64,000 nt of DNA from Clostridium manihotivorum (GTDB lineage Bacteria > Bacillota > Clostridia > Clostridiales > Clostridiaceae), in contig NZ_CP025746.1 in NCBI RefSeq assembly GCF_004015185.1, forward strand, positions 1,441,776 to 1,505,775, given 5' to 3'. The notes under the pieces were generated by a model. That model was not told the origin of the DNA and made no database searches. It saw only the letters and a list, made by a program, of their open reading frames with translations. The stretch's first letter is position 1, and every line of letters begins with the position of its first letter. This document shows, piece by piece, positions 30,168 to 41,113 of the stretch. A program made the translations under genes and the position numbers.

Positions 30168-30326
30168 TATCACTAACAAGATAGTGCTGATATGTACTGT
30201 GCGTTACGCAGGATTTTAAGCCTTTGGAGCAACATATCAAACTGGAGTAGTCTTATGACAAAACAGGTTGCGTTGAATAAGGAATAAATCTCTAAACATT
30301 AGATTTTAGTAGATTTTATGTAACGG
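30168..30326 (+). ncRNA. predicted omega (right-end) RNA scaffold of TnpB
   Basis: ~160-nt segment between the tnpB stop and the element end, conserved with only a few substitutions in copy B (51490..51648). Established TnpB biology places the guide scaffold here. Confidence 0.5.
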
Positions 30327-30348
30327 CTAAATTTAAATAAGGATAACT

Positions 30349-30777
30349 ATGATGAAGAACTATTATGAAGACAAACTCTTAGCTTTTAAGATAGAAGGAA
30401 AGTTACATAACAAGATAGTTTTATATGATGATAATTACAAAAAACATATTAAAGTCAGGCATCCAGAAATGAGTATGGAGAACATAGAAGATATCTTAAA
30501 AACACCTGACTATGTATACAAGCCATCCAGAAATAGCACTATTTTTTATTATGAAAAGCTATATGAGAGAGATACATATAGGGTGGTAATAGAAAGCTGT
30601 AAGAAGCATACTAAGGAAGTAGTCACTGCCTATAAGGTTGGTAATGAGGAAGGATATACTGTAAAGCATATATATTGTGTTTATGACAAGGAAACCTTTA
30701 TTGAATATGAAGATATGAATAAAGAATTGGAAGATGACTTTGATTACTTTTATGGCATATTTAATAAAGCTGAATAG
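30349..30777 (+). CDS. hypothetical protein
   Basis: 142-aa ORF immediately downstream of the IS right end. Confidence 0.45.
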   Translation: MMKNYYEDKLLAFKIEGKLHNKIVLYDDNYKKHIKVRHPEMSMENIEDILKTPDYVYKPSRNSTIFYYEKLYERDTYRVVIESCKKHTKEVVTAYKVGNEEGYTVKHIYCVYDKETFIEYEDMNKELEDDFDYFYGIFNKAE

Positions 30778-30782
30778 GAGAG

Positions 30783-30820
30783 GCAAACGTAAATTTGTGA
30801 AAATTTATGTTTGCCTTTTT
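30783..30820 (+). terminator. rho-independent terminator
   Basis: aggcaaacg-taaatttgtgaaaatttat-gtttgcctttttatt. Confidence 0.6.
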
Positions 30821-31412
30821 ATTACTTTATCGAAAAGATATACACCTAGACAAGGTTAGCAATATCAAGGTCGTACAATAGTCTGTTAGGATATACATTA
30901 TAAAAAATTTGTTCGGCTGCCAGGGGGCATTCACACACCTTCAGAAAACTTAATTTTTCTAACAGGAATTGCTTGCTTTGCACCAATTTCTTTTTAAGCA
31001 CCATAGTTATAGTGTGGTGCTAGCTCAGATGCATATTGCTTAGGATTGCATTTTTTGAACAGCATTTATCTTTTCCAAGTGTTCCATTTTATCCCTCAAA
31101 ATACAATATACCAATTATGTAAGTTAGTTTCTTGACCTAAAAAGACAGATATCAATTAATGGTGCTTAAATTCAAATAATTAATTACAATTATATAACTT
31201 TAAATTTCAATATGGTACTTTAACTGAGTCTTAATTTATATAGAAATACAGTTGGTTATTAAAAATATATTGTTATGGAATCGAATAGTAAATTATTAGT
31301 AGTTATTGTTGGTATCTATACTTTAAGATAACATATTGACAAAAAATATAAAAAAATGAAGGAATAAATAAAATTATGTAGAATATTATATTTTGCTAAT
31401 AATTTTCTATTT

Positions 31413-32573
31413 TTGGAGGAACATAAATTGGCTATTATAGACGTTATTAAATTTAATGGCATATTGAACAGAGATTGGTTAGTTTATAGGTATCCTGGCG
31501 AAAGTTTTGTATTTGGAACACAGCTTATTGTAGGGGAAGGTCAGATTGCAGTTTTTGTTAAAGGTGGAAGGGCCTTAGACTATTTCTCAGCAGGTACTTA
31601 CACTCTTAATACTCAAAATATCCCGTTATTGCAATCATTAATTAACATTCCATTTGGTGGAAGAACACCTTTTACAGCAGAAGTATTTTTTATTAATAAA
31701 ACTGCTAAACTTGATATTCTGTGGGGGACTACAGATCCAATTAGTCTAATAGATCCCAAATATGCAGTTAGATTAAGAGTACGTGCCTTTGGTCAATTTG
31801 CAATTAGAATTTCTGATTATCGTGTCTTCTTAACTGAACTAATAGGTGCATTAGGAGATAGTCAAGTCATAAAGTATGACCTTGTAATTAAATATTTCAA
31901 GGGAGTTCTTGTTACAAAGATTAAGACAATTATTGCTGATATAATAATCAATCAGAAAATCTCTGCACTAGAAATAACACCGCATTTGGAAGAGCTTTCT
32001 GAGATAGCGAAGCAACGTCTTTCATCAGAATTTGATCGTTTTGGAATAGAAATTATTAATTTATTCATAACCTCAATTAATTTTCCAGACGAAGATTTTG
32101 ATATGATAAATAAGATACTTGGAGAAAAAGCGGCTTTCGATATTATTGGGGATAGTCGTTACAATGTTAAGAGATCTTTTGATGTTATGGAAACAGCAGC
32201 AGGAAATGAAGGCTCAGGTAATTTGGTTTCAGCTGGAATTGGTGTAGGTCTAGGTGCAGGTGCAGGAATAGCTGTTGGCAACAATTTTATGGCTACTGCT
32301 GAGAATAACATTAATACATCTGGAAAGTCAGTAGCTTGTAGGAAGTGTAATACTCTAAATAGAGAAGGGGATAAGTTTTGCTCCAACTGTGGAGAGAAAC
32401 TTTCTACCGAAAAGATTGAATGTTATTCATGTAAGACATTGATAGATGGAAACATGAAATTCTGTCCTAATTGTGGATGCTCAATGATGAAAAGAATATG
32501 TTCAAACTGTTCAAAAGAAAATCTACCAGGGACAAAGTTCTGTTCAGAATGCGGAACTAAATTGGAGGGATGA
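31413..32573 (+). CDS. SPFH/band-7 domain protein with C-terminal multiple zinc ribbons (YdjI-like)
   Basis: N-terminal SPFH-like region, Gly-rich linker, then repeated CxxC...CxxC ribbons (CRKCN...CSNCG, CYSCK...CPNCG, CSNCS...CSECG). Confidence 0.55.
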   Translation: MEEHKLAIIDVIKFNGILNRDWLVYRYPGESFVFGTQLIVGEGQIAVFVKGGRALDYFSAGTYTLNTQNIPLLQSLINIPFGGRTPFTAEVFFINKTAKLDILWGTTDPISLIDPKYAVRLRVRAFGQFAIRISDYRVFLTELIGALGDSQVIKYDLVIKYFKGVLVTKIKTIIADIIINQKISALEITPHLEELSEIAKQRLSSEFDRFGIEIINLFITSINFPDEDFDMINKILGEKAAFDIIGDSRYNVKRSFDVMETAAGNEGSGNLVSAGIGVGLGAGAGIAVGNNFMATAENNINTSGKSVACRKCNTLNREGDKFCSNCGEKLSTEKIECYSCKTLIDGNMKFCPNCGCSMMKRICSNCSKENLPGTKFCSECGTKLEG

Positions 32574-33316
32574 TCATGAATAATAGTAAAGATTCATCTT
32601 TAACACTATTAAAAGTTATTGGATGCTTAATTTTTGATTTAGGAGCAATATTAGCTTACTATAACCTATTGGGATTATTTGTTTTTGTTTTTCCTATTAA
32701 ATCTATACTAATACTTTCTACATTAATAATAGGTCTTATAATATTAAATATTTCAATTATTATACCTAATTTAGTATTTGATAAAATAGGAATACCATAT
32801 TCTGCAGCGATCGTAACTATAGCTACATTATATTTCTTAGTAGCTAATATAAGTTCAATTCTGTTAGTATCAATAAGTGCAGTTGGATATATATCATGGG
32901 AATTGATTGTCTTTGCGATTTTTGTAGTTATAGTTTCTTCTGTGGCTGCATTCTCAAAGAGATCAGTGATAGATAGAGACATGTTTGAAAAAGAACAAGT
33001 TGAAAAGAGTTTTATATTGCTACAATTACAAGAAATTGAAGCAATGCTTCTTGAGAGAGAAGGACAATCAAAGAATTCTCAATCAATTAAGCTATTTAAA
33101 ATTCTGAAAGAAAGAATCCAAGCCTCAACTCCTTTTGGTAGGATTACTGGAAATGTGTTAGTTTCACAAGCAGAGGATAAAATTAAAAATAATATAACAT
33201 CCTTAAAATTGTGCCTTGAAAGTAATGTATCTGATAAAAGCTTAGATGAGGTGGATACATTAATTGAGGATACAAGAAAGCTTGTAATTAATAGAGAAAA
33301 GTTAAACATTAGATAA
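32570..33316 (+). CDS. integral membrane protein
   Basis: Multiple hydrophobic helices followed by a charged C-terminal domain. Start overlaps the upstream stop. Confidence 0.45.
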   Translation: MIMNNSKDSSLTLLKVIGCLIFDLGAILAYYNLLGLFVFVFPIKSILILSTLIIGLIILNISIIIPNLVFDKIGIPYSAAIVTIATLYFLVANISSILLVSISAVGYISWELIVFAIFVVIVSSVAAFSKRSVIDRDMFEKEQVEKSFILLQLQEIEAMLLEREGQSKNSQSIKLFKILKERIQASTPFGRITGNVLVSQAEDKIKNNITSLKLCLESNVSDKSLDEVDTLIEDTRKLVINREKLNIR

Positions 33317-33357
33317 GTGAAAAAATAATAATTATAAACATAAAATAAGGAGAGATT

Positions 33358-33774
33358 TTGATGAACGAAAAGAAATGTCCATGCTGCGGGGCTTCAATAA
33401 GCTTTAATGCAACTGAATGTAAATACTGCGGGGAAACAATAGCTGTGGAGACTCCACAATACCAACAAGCTCCACAATACCAACAGGCTCCACAATATCA
33501 ACAAGCACCTCAATATCAACAAGCTCCACAATATCAAGCACAACCGCAAAGTACTATTCCTCCTTATTCAAAGAGCAAAACTACTGCTGGAATACTTGCA
33601 ATTCTGCTTGGAGGACTTGGAATACATAAGTTTTATTTAGGTAGGATTGGTATGGGGATTTTATATATAGTTTTCTGCTGGACTTATATACCTGCAATAT
33701 TAGGTATTATAGAAGGTATAATTTACTTAACATCAAGCAATGAAAAGTTTTACTACAAGTATGTAAAGAGATAA
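33358..33774 (+). CDS. zinc-ribbon / PQYQQA-repeat / TM2-domain membrane protein
   Basis: N-terminal CPCCG...CKYCG zinc ribbon, five PQYQQA repeats, and C-terminal TM2-domain pattern GILAILLGGLGIHKFYLGR. Confidence 0.55.
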   Translation: MMNEKKCPCCGASISFNATECKYCGETIAVETPQYQQAPQYQQAPQYQQAPQYQQAPQYQAQPQSTIPPYSKSKTTAGILAILLGGLGIHKFYLGRIGMGILYIVFCWTYIPAILGIIEGIIYLTSSNEKFYYKYVKR

Positions 33775-33905
33775 TAAGAGCTAAGTAACTTCTAAAAGAA
33801 CGTATATATAATGAATAATATATATTGGTTTTGTGTATATAACAAAAATATCTCTTAGTGCTATTAGTACTAAGAGATGTATACATGCTAATATCGATGT
33901 AAATA

Positions 33906-33945
33906 AGGCAGGATAAGTGTAGAGCTTATCCTGTCTTTTATGTTT
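33906..33945 (+). terminator. rho-independent terminator
   Basis: aggcaggataag-tgtagagc-ttatcctgtcttttatgtttt. Confidence 0.6.
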
Positions 33946-34059
33946 TATAATGAGCTTTTTATTAAAAAACACCTTAGCAAATTATTATTAGCGGGACATT
34001 AGCTCCGTCCCCCTGTCCCTACTAATTTGCGATATAATGTAGTTAATAAATAGTGAAAC

Positions 34060-35571
34060 TTGTATACAAAGGATGTGGACAGAAATTTGAACAGAAGATA
34101 TAGAGATATTTTAAGCATAATTTTAAATACAGAGGAAGCTATTACTGGAAGTGAGCTAGCTAAGTTTTGTAAGGTAAGTGTGAGAACTATAAGACAGGAT
34201 ATTAAGGATATTAATATATTGCTTAAAGAATATGAGGTTGAAATTAGTTCTAACGTAAAAAAGGGATATTTTTTTGATGATAAAAGTAAGTCCATTATGA
34301 AGGAAAGCAATATCATAAGAAAGGTATTAGATTATCAATATATAATTGAAACACCAAGTATTCCAATAGATAGACAGATGTACATACTACTAAAACTTAT
34401 AGTTAAAGAAAATATGGAAATAGAAGAAGTTGCAGAGGTACTTTATGTTTCCTCAGCGACTATTAATAATGATATAGCTGCCATTAATAAGTGGCTTAAG
34501 AAAGAACTAAACCTTAGAATAAGTTACTCCTTAAATGAGGGCATTAGTCTTAATGCAGAAGAAGTAGAAAGAAGGAATATAATAAGCTGGGTTTTATCTA
34601 AAAAAACTAATGTAAGTACTATTGCGAAGTATTGGAACTACATATTTGAAGAAAGTGATGTTATAGAAAGGGCAAGACAGCTCTATCATATAGTAAGTAA
34701 TAATGCAAAAAAGCATAACTACTATTTATCCGGACATAGCTATCAACTTCTGTGCTATGAGATATTGGTAGCGATTAAACGCTGTGAGAATGGCTTTAGT
34801 TTGAAGGAAGAAGATATTACAAAGGAATGTCTTGTTTCAGTATTGCCAGTATTAATGGATATAAGGGTAGAGGTAGAAAAGCTCTTAAAGATGAAGCTGT
34901 CAGAGTTAGAATGGCTTAATATACAGTGCTACTTCAAATCAAAGCAATTTCTTAAGCAAACTAGTATTACAAACTTTGAAAATGAAGAAGCTATGGAAAT
35001 AGTGGATGAATTCATACAAGTTTTAAAGCATAAATTCAAGATTGATATAAGCTCTAATAAAGAAACACTATTACTATATGTAAATCCAATGATCAATCGG
35101 TTAAGATACAAACACTGCATAGCAGAGCAGATAAATGATGGGGTTACTAAGACTTATAAAAGACAGTTTGAAATGGCAGGTGAAATAGCTGGCATTATAA
35201 AAAGAAGGCTAAAACTAAATGTGGAGCTTATAGAGTTAGCTTACATAACAGTTCATTTAGTAGCTATCTGTGAAACAGAAGAAAGTAAATTAAAAACAGC
35301 CATAGTATGTGATTATGATGAGGCTATAATAAGCTTGATAAAATATAAGCTAAAGAAGCTTTTTGGAGAAAGAGTGGAGCTTTTAAGAGTTTTCGACTAT
35401 CAAGAATTTATGTTTGAAGAGGAAGAAAACCTTAAGGATATAGAGTTTATAGTTACTACATCAACTATAGCAGATCTTACGGATATTCCTTTTGTTAAGA
35501 TAAATCCAGAGTTTGAGCAGAATGATATCAATATGCTTAGTGAGCACTTTAATAATCATATCAATAAGTAA
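34060..35571 (+). CDS. PRD-domain transcriptional regulator (BglG/MtlR/Mga-like HTH)
   Basis: N-terminal HTH (ITGSELAKFCKVSVRTIRQDI) and ~500-aa architecture typical of PRD regulators. TTG start as listed; the true start is uncertain. Confidence 0.5.
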   Translation: MYTKDVDRNLNRRYRDILSIILNTEEAITGSELAKFCKVSVRTIRQDIKDINILLKEYEVEISSNVKKGYFFDDKSKSIMKESNIIRKVLDYQYIIETPSIPIDRQMYILLKLIVKENMEIEEVAEVLYVSSATINNDIAAINKWLKKELNLRISYSLNEGISLNAEEVERRNIISWVLSKKTNVSTIAKYWNYIFEESDVIERARQLYHIVSNNAKKHNYYLSGHSYQLLCYEILVAIKRCENGFSLKEEDITKECLVSVLPVLMDIRVEVEKLLKMKLSELEWLNIQCYFKSKQFLKQTSITNFENEEAMEIVDEFIQVLKHKFKIDISSNKETLLLYVNPMINRLRYKHCIAEQINDGVTKTYKRQFEMAGEIAGIIKRRLKLNVELIELAYITVHLVAICETEESKLKTAIVCDYDEAIISLIKYKLKKLFGERVELLRVFDYQEFMFEEEENLKDIEFIVTTSTIADLTDIPFVKINPEFEQNDINMLSEHFNNHINK

Positions 35572-36171
35572 GGATGCATTATATAAATATGTACCACTTC
35601 AATCTGATAGCTATTTTCAAGACTCATCTGGTTTCAGAGAGGAGAACTTGAAAATAGATAGATCAATAAAACTACCATTAATAATAAAAATGATTGTGGT
35701 ATTTTTCAAGATTATAGAGCTGGAATATCTATAATTCATATTAAATTTTGGCTATATTTAATTTCAACACAGTGCTTTAACAGAATCTAAAGTTTAGGGC
35801 AATAAGGTACTGTAGGTTAATAAAATAAAGTATTTCACAGTATAGGGTGAAATATTATAGTTTGTACTAATAAGAAGCAATTTATTATAATTAAGTCATA
35901 CAAGCATAAAGCAATTCAATGAGAAATTGAAGATACGAATTCAATTATTGAGCTAAATATCTTTGAAAGATTAAGGCCCTAAATAGAATCGACTTAAATA
36001 TTAATTAAATAGTCTCTCGGAATTATGAGTGATTATTATAGTCCTATCGGGGTAGCGTACATTAAAAAGTGAATATTATCCAAAGATTTACAGAGAATGT
36101 GGAATATTAATAAAAATGAGCATAACTAATAGACATAGCTGCCGCTATGTTTTAAAATAATTATGTATTGA

Positions 36172-37654
36172 TTAAGCGGCTTGCAAAATCAATTTTTTGA
36201 GATCTGACTCAAAAGGCAGATCCCAGGCATCGAGATGTTGTAGCATCAAGATGTTATAGAGGCGGCAGTACCACATCTTAGTAGAGCGGTGTCTGCCGCT
36301 TTCTAATAGAAAGTCTATTTTTTGTCGTTTATTAGAACGTTCTACGGAAGTTCTTGAATTATATTCTACTTTCCATTCTTTACTATCCCTTGGTGGGATG
36401 TTTATCAATCTTGGATTATCTTTCATTGCCAGATGCACCGTTCTCCCGTATTTGGAATCAGAACAAGGGTGTTCGCAGGAACATCCATACTTTCTACTTG
36501 TTAGAGGACAATGGAATTTGATACGGTGTTTCTTTTTTTCAACACCATCACGATTCATCTTACGGCCTGCTTTGCAGACGGGAATACCATCTTTACCAAT
36601 GATAAAATCATCTTTATATTTAACTTTGATGCCACGTTTCTCATTCAAGTCAATAAACGGAGTTATTCCTTATTGCTTGAAGTATTCATAAAATGGCATG
36701 GCATCATGAGCAGAGTCGAGAATAATTTTGTCTATTTTAAAGTCATGAAGTAAACTTTTCATGAAAAAACGCATGGAGAAATCCATGGGAGTCATGCCTT
36801 GAGGCTGGCCCAAACAAAGGGAATACTGGAAGATCACTATCAGAATCAGATGCAACAAACATGTAGAGATCATATCCATGATAAAAACAGTCTCTTGATG
36901 AATCCCAGCCGATGTCACAGTCAGGCTGAGAAAAGAATCTATCGCAAGTACAGTCAGTAATACCTTTGGAAATACAATCACATACACGGTGTTTTCGTTC
37001 TCTTGCAGAGGTAGCGACTGGTGTGCCATCACCTGCAAGAGCTAAGTTCTCTGTATTGATCAGTCCCTTTTGTATAGAAAGATTAAGAAACTCATTTTTA
37101 TATAAATTAAAAAGGGAACTATAAGGTTGTTCATCACTTAAAAAAGATACTCCTTGTAATTCTTTTAATAGTTGTTCTACTGTTGTCTTTTCAACTGGAT
37201 CAGCTTTTAAACCTTTCTTTTTAGGTTTTTTTACAGAAGTTTTTAAAGGTTGTAACTGAGATGAAAGATTGTTATTATCAGAATCCCATAAGCGGCTAAA
37301 GAAGTCATAAAAAGTACCAACACCAGGAGTGTCGCCTACTTCAAATCCGCTCAATATAGCATAAAGAGGGTTGATCTTAAGTTGTGCAACCCAATCAGTT
37401 ACTGAAGTAACTTTAAAATCAATAGATAAAAGATATGATCTATGCATACAAGAAGGATTTCTCGGCTTCGGACCGAAAATGGAATATTTATTTTTCAGAT
37501 GTATTTCAGTATATGAGAGGTCTAGGTTCCAGAAACGATCAATGATATCCCAGGTAGAACGCGCGATAGCATCCGGATTAGGATAATATTTACGAAGCAT
37601 TTCAACAACAAATTTTTGATAGGCGGAATGGCCGCCAGAGTAAACAGGTAACAT
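36172..37654 (-). pseudogene. IS1182-family (InsH/DDE) transposase, fragmented by frameshifts
   Basis: Three collinear minus-strand ORFs (36172..36648, 36670..37038, 36743..37654) share one transposase. N-terminal MLPVYSGGHSAYQKF... and ...LAGDGTPV... DDE region. Local GC is clearly higher than surroundings. Confidence 0.6.
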
Positions 37655-37843
37655 TAAAAATCTCCTCCAATCGAAAAATATACCTTGTATTTAAGGGGCG
37701 CGTAGCGCCGCATTTTTCGATATTTTTGTCAAGTGCTTTTAACAAAAAAGTGGGGGATTTCAATAAAAAAGGAATCTTTAAGCCAGATAAATCAAGGCTT
37801 AAAGATTCCGAGAGATTATTTAAGCTTTAAGGAGTGATACATT

Positions 37844-38650
37844 ATGTATAAGCTTATAGCTATAGATATGGATGGTACTTTATTAAAAGATGATAAGACA
37901 ATTACCTTGAAGAATAAAGAGGCTTTAGCTAAAGCAAATAGCTTAGGGGTAAAGATAGTTCTAACATCAGGACGACCTGTTCAAGGCATAAAGAATTACT
38001 TGGAGGAATTAAACCTTATAGGAAAAGATGATTATGTAATAAGCTTAAATGGAGCTCTTATATGCAGATGTGAAGACTACTCAGTGCTAAGCAGTAATGA
38101 AACTTTGAATGGAAAAGATTTAAAATATATCTTCAATAAGGTTAAAGACTTAGGTGCCTACGTTCATGCCTTCAAAGAAAGAGAGGACTTAGTAAATGTT
38201 GAAAGTAAGTTCTCTAAAAATGAGGAAAAGAGAATAAACCTTAAGGTAAGAGCAGTTGACTTTATGAAAGATGTTCAGGATGATGAGGAGATTCTTAAGG
38301 TGGTTTTAGAAGAAGAAAAGGAAGTATTGGACAGAGTTCAGGGTCAACTTCCTAAAGAATTATTTGAAGAGTTTTCGGTAATTAGAAGCCTTGACTTCAT
38401 GATAGAGTTTATGAAAAAGGGTTGTAATAAAGCTACTGGAATAGAAAAGTTGGCTCAGCATCTAGGCATTGATAGTTCTGAAATAATTGCCATAGGTGAT
38501 GCGGTAAATGACAAAGAGATGATAGGGTATGCTGGCCTTGGAGTGGCTATGGGCAATGCTGAAGAAGATATTAAGAATATAGCGGACTTTGTCACAAAGA
38601 GTAATGAGGAAGATGGCGTAGCCTATGCAATTGAAAAGTTTATAGGCTAA
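37844..38650 (+). CDS. Cof-type HAD-IIB phosphatase
   Basis: N-terminal IAIDMDGTLL and C-terminal IAIGDAVND...GLGVAMGNA motifs. Confidence 0.85.
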   Translation: MYKLIAIDMDGTLLKDDKTITLKNKEALAKANSLGVKIVLTSGRPVQGIKNYLEELNLIGKDDYVISLNGALICRCEDYSVLSSNETLNGKDLKYIFNKVKDLGAYVHAFKEREDLVNVESKFSKNEEKRINLKVRAVDFMKDVQDDEEILKVVLEEEKEVLDRVQGQLPKELFEEFSVIRSLDFMIEFMKKGCNKATGIEKLAQHLGIDSSEIIAIGDAVNDKEMIGYAGLGVAMGNAEEDIKNIADFVTKSNEEDGVAYAIEKFIG

Positions 38651-38773
38651 TCTCAATTTAGAGGTACAAAGGATATGAAAGTAATTTAAGTAAATAAGAA
38701 GTATAATCTTTGATAGAAAGTTAAATAGTTTTTTATTAATAGATAGAGCTTCATTAAACAAGGAGGATTTATT

Positions 38774-39766
38774 ATGAAACTAGGTATTGTTGGATCAGGT
38801 GTGATAGTTAAAGACTTTTTATCCACTGCTCATGAAATAAAGGATTTAGAATTAGCAGCTATTTGTGGGAGAGAAAGCTCTAAGGATGCTATGGAAGAGC
38901 TAAAAAATAAATATGGTATTGGAAATATATTTTTAAACTATGAGGAGTTTCTTGCATCAGATTTGGATGCTATCTACATAGCGTTGCCTAACAATCTACA
39001 CTTTTCTTATGCAAAAGAGGCACTAGAAGCTAATAAAAATGTAATAGTTGAAAAGCCTTTTACAACAACTTATAAGGAAGCACAGATATTAAGTGATATG
39101 GCAAGAGAAAGAAAGTTGTTCTTATTTGAAGCTATAACAACTCAGTATCTTCCTAATTACAAAAAAATAAAAGAGTTAGTTCCGAGCTTAGGAAATATAA
39201 AAATTGTTCAATGCAATTACTCACAGTATTCAAGTAGATATAATAGCTTTAAGGAAGGCAAAATATTACCTGCCTTTGATCCTAAGTTCTCAGGTGGAGC
39301 ACTTATGGACTTGAATATTTACAATGTACACTATGTAGTAGGGTTGTTTGGAAAGCCTGTAAATGTTGAGTATTATCCCAATATAGATAAGGGAATAGAT
39401 ACCTCTGGAATACTTATGCTAGACTATGGAAAGTTTAAAGCGGTATGTGTAGGTGCAAAGGACTGTAAGGCACCTATAGCAAACAATATTCAAGGGGATG
39501 AAGGCTGTATCTATCAAGATTCTCCTGCCAATACTTGCTTGAAATTTGAAGTTCTAATGAATGATGGTACTAGTTCCACAGTAAATGAAAATAATTATAA
39601 TCACCGCATGGTCAATGAGTTTATCGAGTTTTCAGATATGATAAAAAATAATGACTTAGAAGGCTGTTATAAGATGTTAGATCATAGTTTAATTGTTTGT
39701 GAGGTACAAAATACTGCTAGAAACAAAGCTGGATTGATATTCCCTGCAGATAAAGAGGTAGAATAA
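38774..39766 (+). CDS. Gfo/Idh/MocA-family NAD(P)-dependent oxidoreductase
   Basis: MKLGIVGSGVI Rossmann start and ...EKPF... motif. Confidence 0.8.
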   Translation: MKLGIVGSGVIVKDFLSTAHEIKDLELAAICGRESSKDAMEELKNKYGIGNIFLNYEEFLASDLDAIYIALPNNLHFSYAKEALEANKNVIVEKPFTTTYKEAQILSDMARERKLFLFEAITTQYLPNYKKIKELVPSLGNIKIVQCNYSQYSSRYNSFKEGKILPAFDPKFSGGALMDLNIYNVHYVVGLFGKPVNVEYYPNIDKGIDTSGILMLDYGKFKAVCVGAKDCKAPIANNIQGDEGCIYQDSPANTCLKFEVLMNDGTSSTVNENNYNHRMVNEFIEFSDMIKNNDLEGCYKMLDHSLIVCEVQNTARNKAGLIFPADKEVE

Positions 39767-39859
39767 GCTTATAACTATTTAATAACTGTTTAGCTGTATT
39801 TATAAAAATATTATTGAAGTGAGTTGCTTTATTGAGTATCTAGTAGTAGGAATGTATTA

Positions 39860-40672
39860 CTAGATACATTTATTTATAATAAAATCAAATAGAAAATCAG
39901 GTCCTTCTTGAAATAAACTTCTAAATGAAGTTATATCTTTATTAGTATCATTGTAGTAGTCTATTATTGCAAATAACCCTGAAATAGCTCCGAACTTGTC
40001 CCAAAACGCTCCACTGTTAGCTCGTTCTAGTATACTTTCCTTATAAGTATTATTGTTAGTGTTGAGCTCAGAAATTAATGTGTCGTACGAGTTTTTTCTA
40101 TGGAGAATCATATCAGCACTATACCAGTTAAGTGTTAACACATCTTCTTTGAAGGATAATAAGTGAGCAATGCCCTCATCAAACACAATATGTTTTAGTA
40201 TATCAGTTGTAGAGGCATCCTTACACGGAAGCGGATAGATTTCATTAGTAATAATATGAGATATTTCGTGAGTTAAAAAGCTTATGACTATTTCAGATAA
40301 TCTATTAATATCATCAGTGTAGCTACTAATTCTATTTAGATCTAGTATTATTGCATTACTGCCTAGAGGAGATTTTCTTACCATTGCATCGAAAGGATAA
40401 GGGGAACCTACAATTAAGTATATATAAGTGTATTCTGGTATGCAGGCATCTTGAAAAAATTCTTTCCATAATGTGTGGTTAAGAGGTTTGAAGTTTTTTA
40501 TTTTTTCTAAAACAATATCATATACATACCTTAATTTATCTATATTTGTATTTTCTAAATCATCCATTAGGTATTTACCTTCTACAATAGAGGTGAATAT
40601 CCAATGATCTTTTATAGAGTTCAAGGACTTTTCTTCTAGATAGACATCTATTATTTCTGTATCAATTATCAT
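39860..40672 (-). CDS. hypothetical protein with HExxH motif
   Basis: LTHEISHII motif; 270 aa. Confidence 0.4.
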   Translation of the reverse strand: MIIDTEIIDVYLEEKSLNSIKDHWIFTSIVEGKYLMDDLENTNIDKLRYVYDIVLEKIKNFKPLNHTLWKEFFQDACIPEYTYIYLIVGSPYPFDAMVRKSPLGSNAIILDLNRISSYTDDINRLSEIVISFLTHEISHIITNEIYPLPCKDASTTDILKHIVFDEGIAHLLSFKEDVLTLNWYSADMILHRKNSYDTLISELNTNNNTYKESILERANSGAFWDKFGAISGLFAIIDYYNDTNKDITSFRSLFQEGPDFLFDFIINKCI

Positions 40673-41113
40673 ATATATCCTCCTAATTAATTACAGCAAT
40701 GAACTTATTTGTTTATTATATAAATACCATTATAGCAGCATAAAACCACTTTTGAAATCTATGCAGCTAAATAATATATTTTATATCAGTGACTTTAAGG
40801 CTAAGAATAAACTGGAATCAATGGCAGTAATACATCCTTTCATTTTAGCCATCAGTATATTAGTATAAGGGTGAGCATCATACTACTGCATCCCCCTAAA
40901 TAGATAAATATGCTTAGTTATAATTTTCTGCTATTATGATTTGTAATCGATGGCAGTTCGTAATAGCAGAGTTTTTCCTAGGTGTAGTAACCAAAACTGT
41001 ATCACTTATATATTGAGGCTATTTTTAAAGCAAGTTCTATCTACTATATAAAGCTTTGAAAGATAGCAACAAGTGCAAACTGATACACTATAAAATGGAG
41101 AAAAGGAGTACTT

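Larger units (their letters stand above)
28483..30326 (+). mobile_element. IS607-family element, copy A (serine-recombinase tnpA remnant + tnpB + right-end RNA)
   Basis: Identity to copy B begins at aggcatacaacag (28483) and ends at ...tttatgtaacgg (30326). No terminal inverted repeats, as expected for IS607. Confidence 0.8.

Noticed and set aside
30900-31120. GC-richer patch possibly encoding a degraded gene (short minus-strand frames such as MEHLEKINAVQKMQS)
   Set aside because: Only very short stop-interrupted frames with no recognisable domain. Insufficient to call a pseudogene.
33999-34316. 105-aa minus-strand ORF overlapping the start of the PRD regulator
   Set aside because: Overlaps a better-supported plus-strand gene and the GGGAC hairpin motif. 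No RBS.
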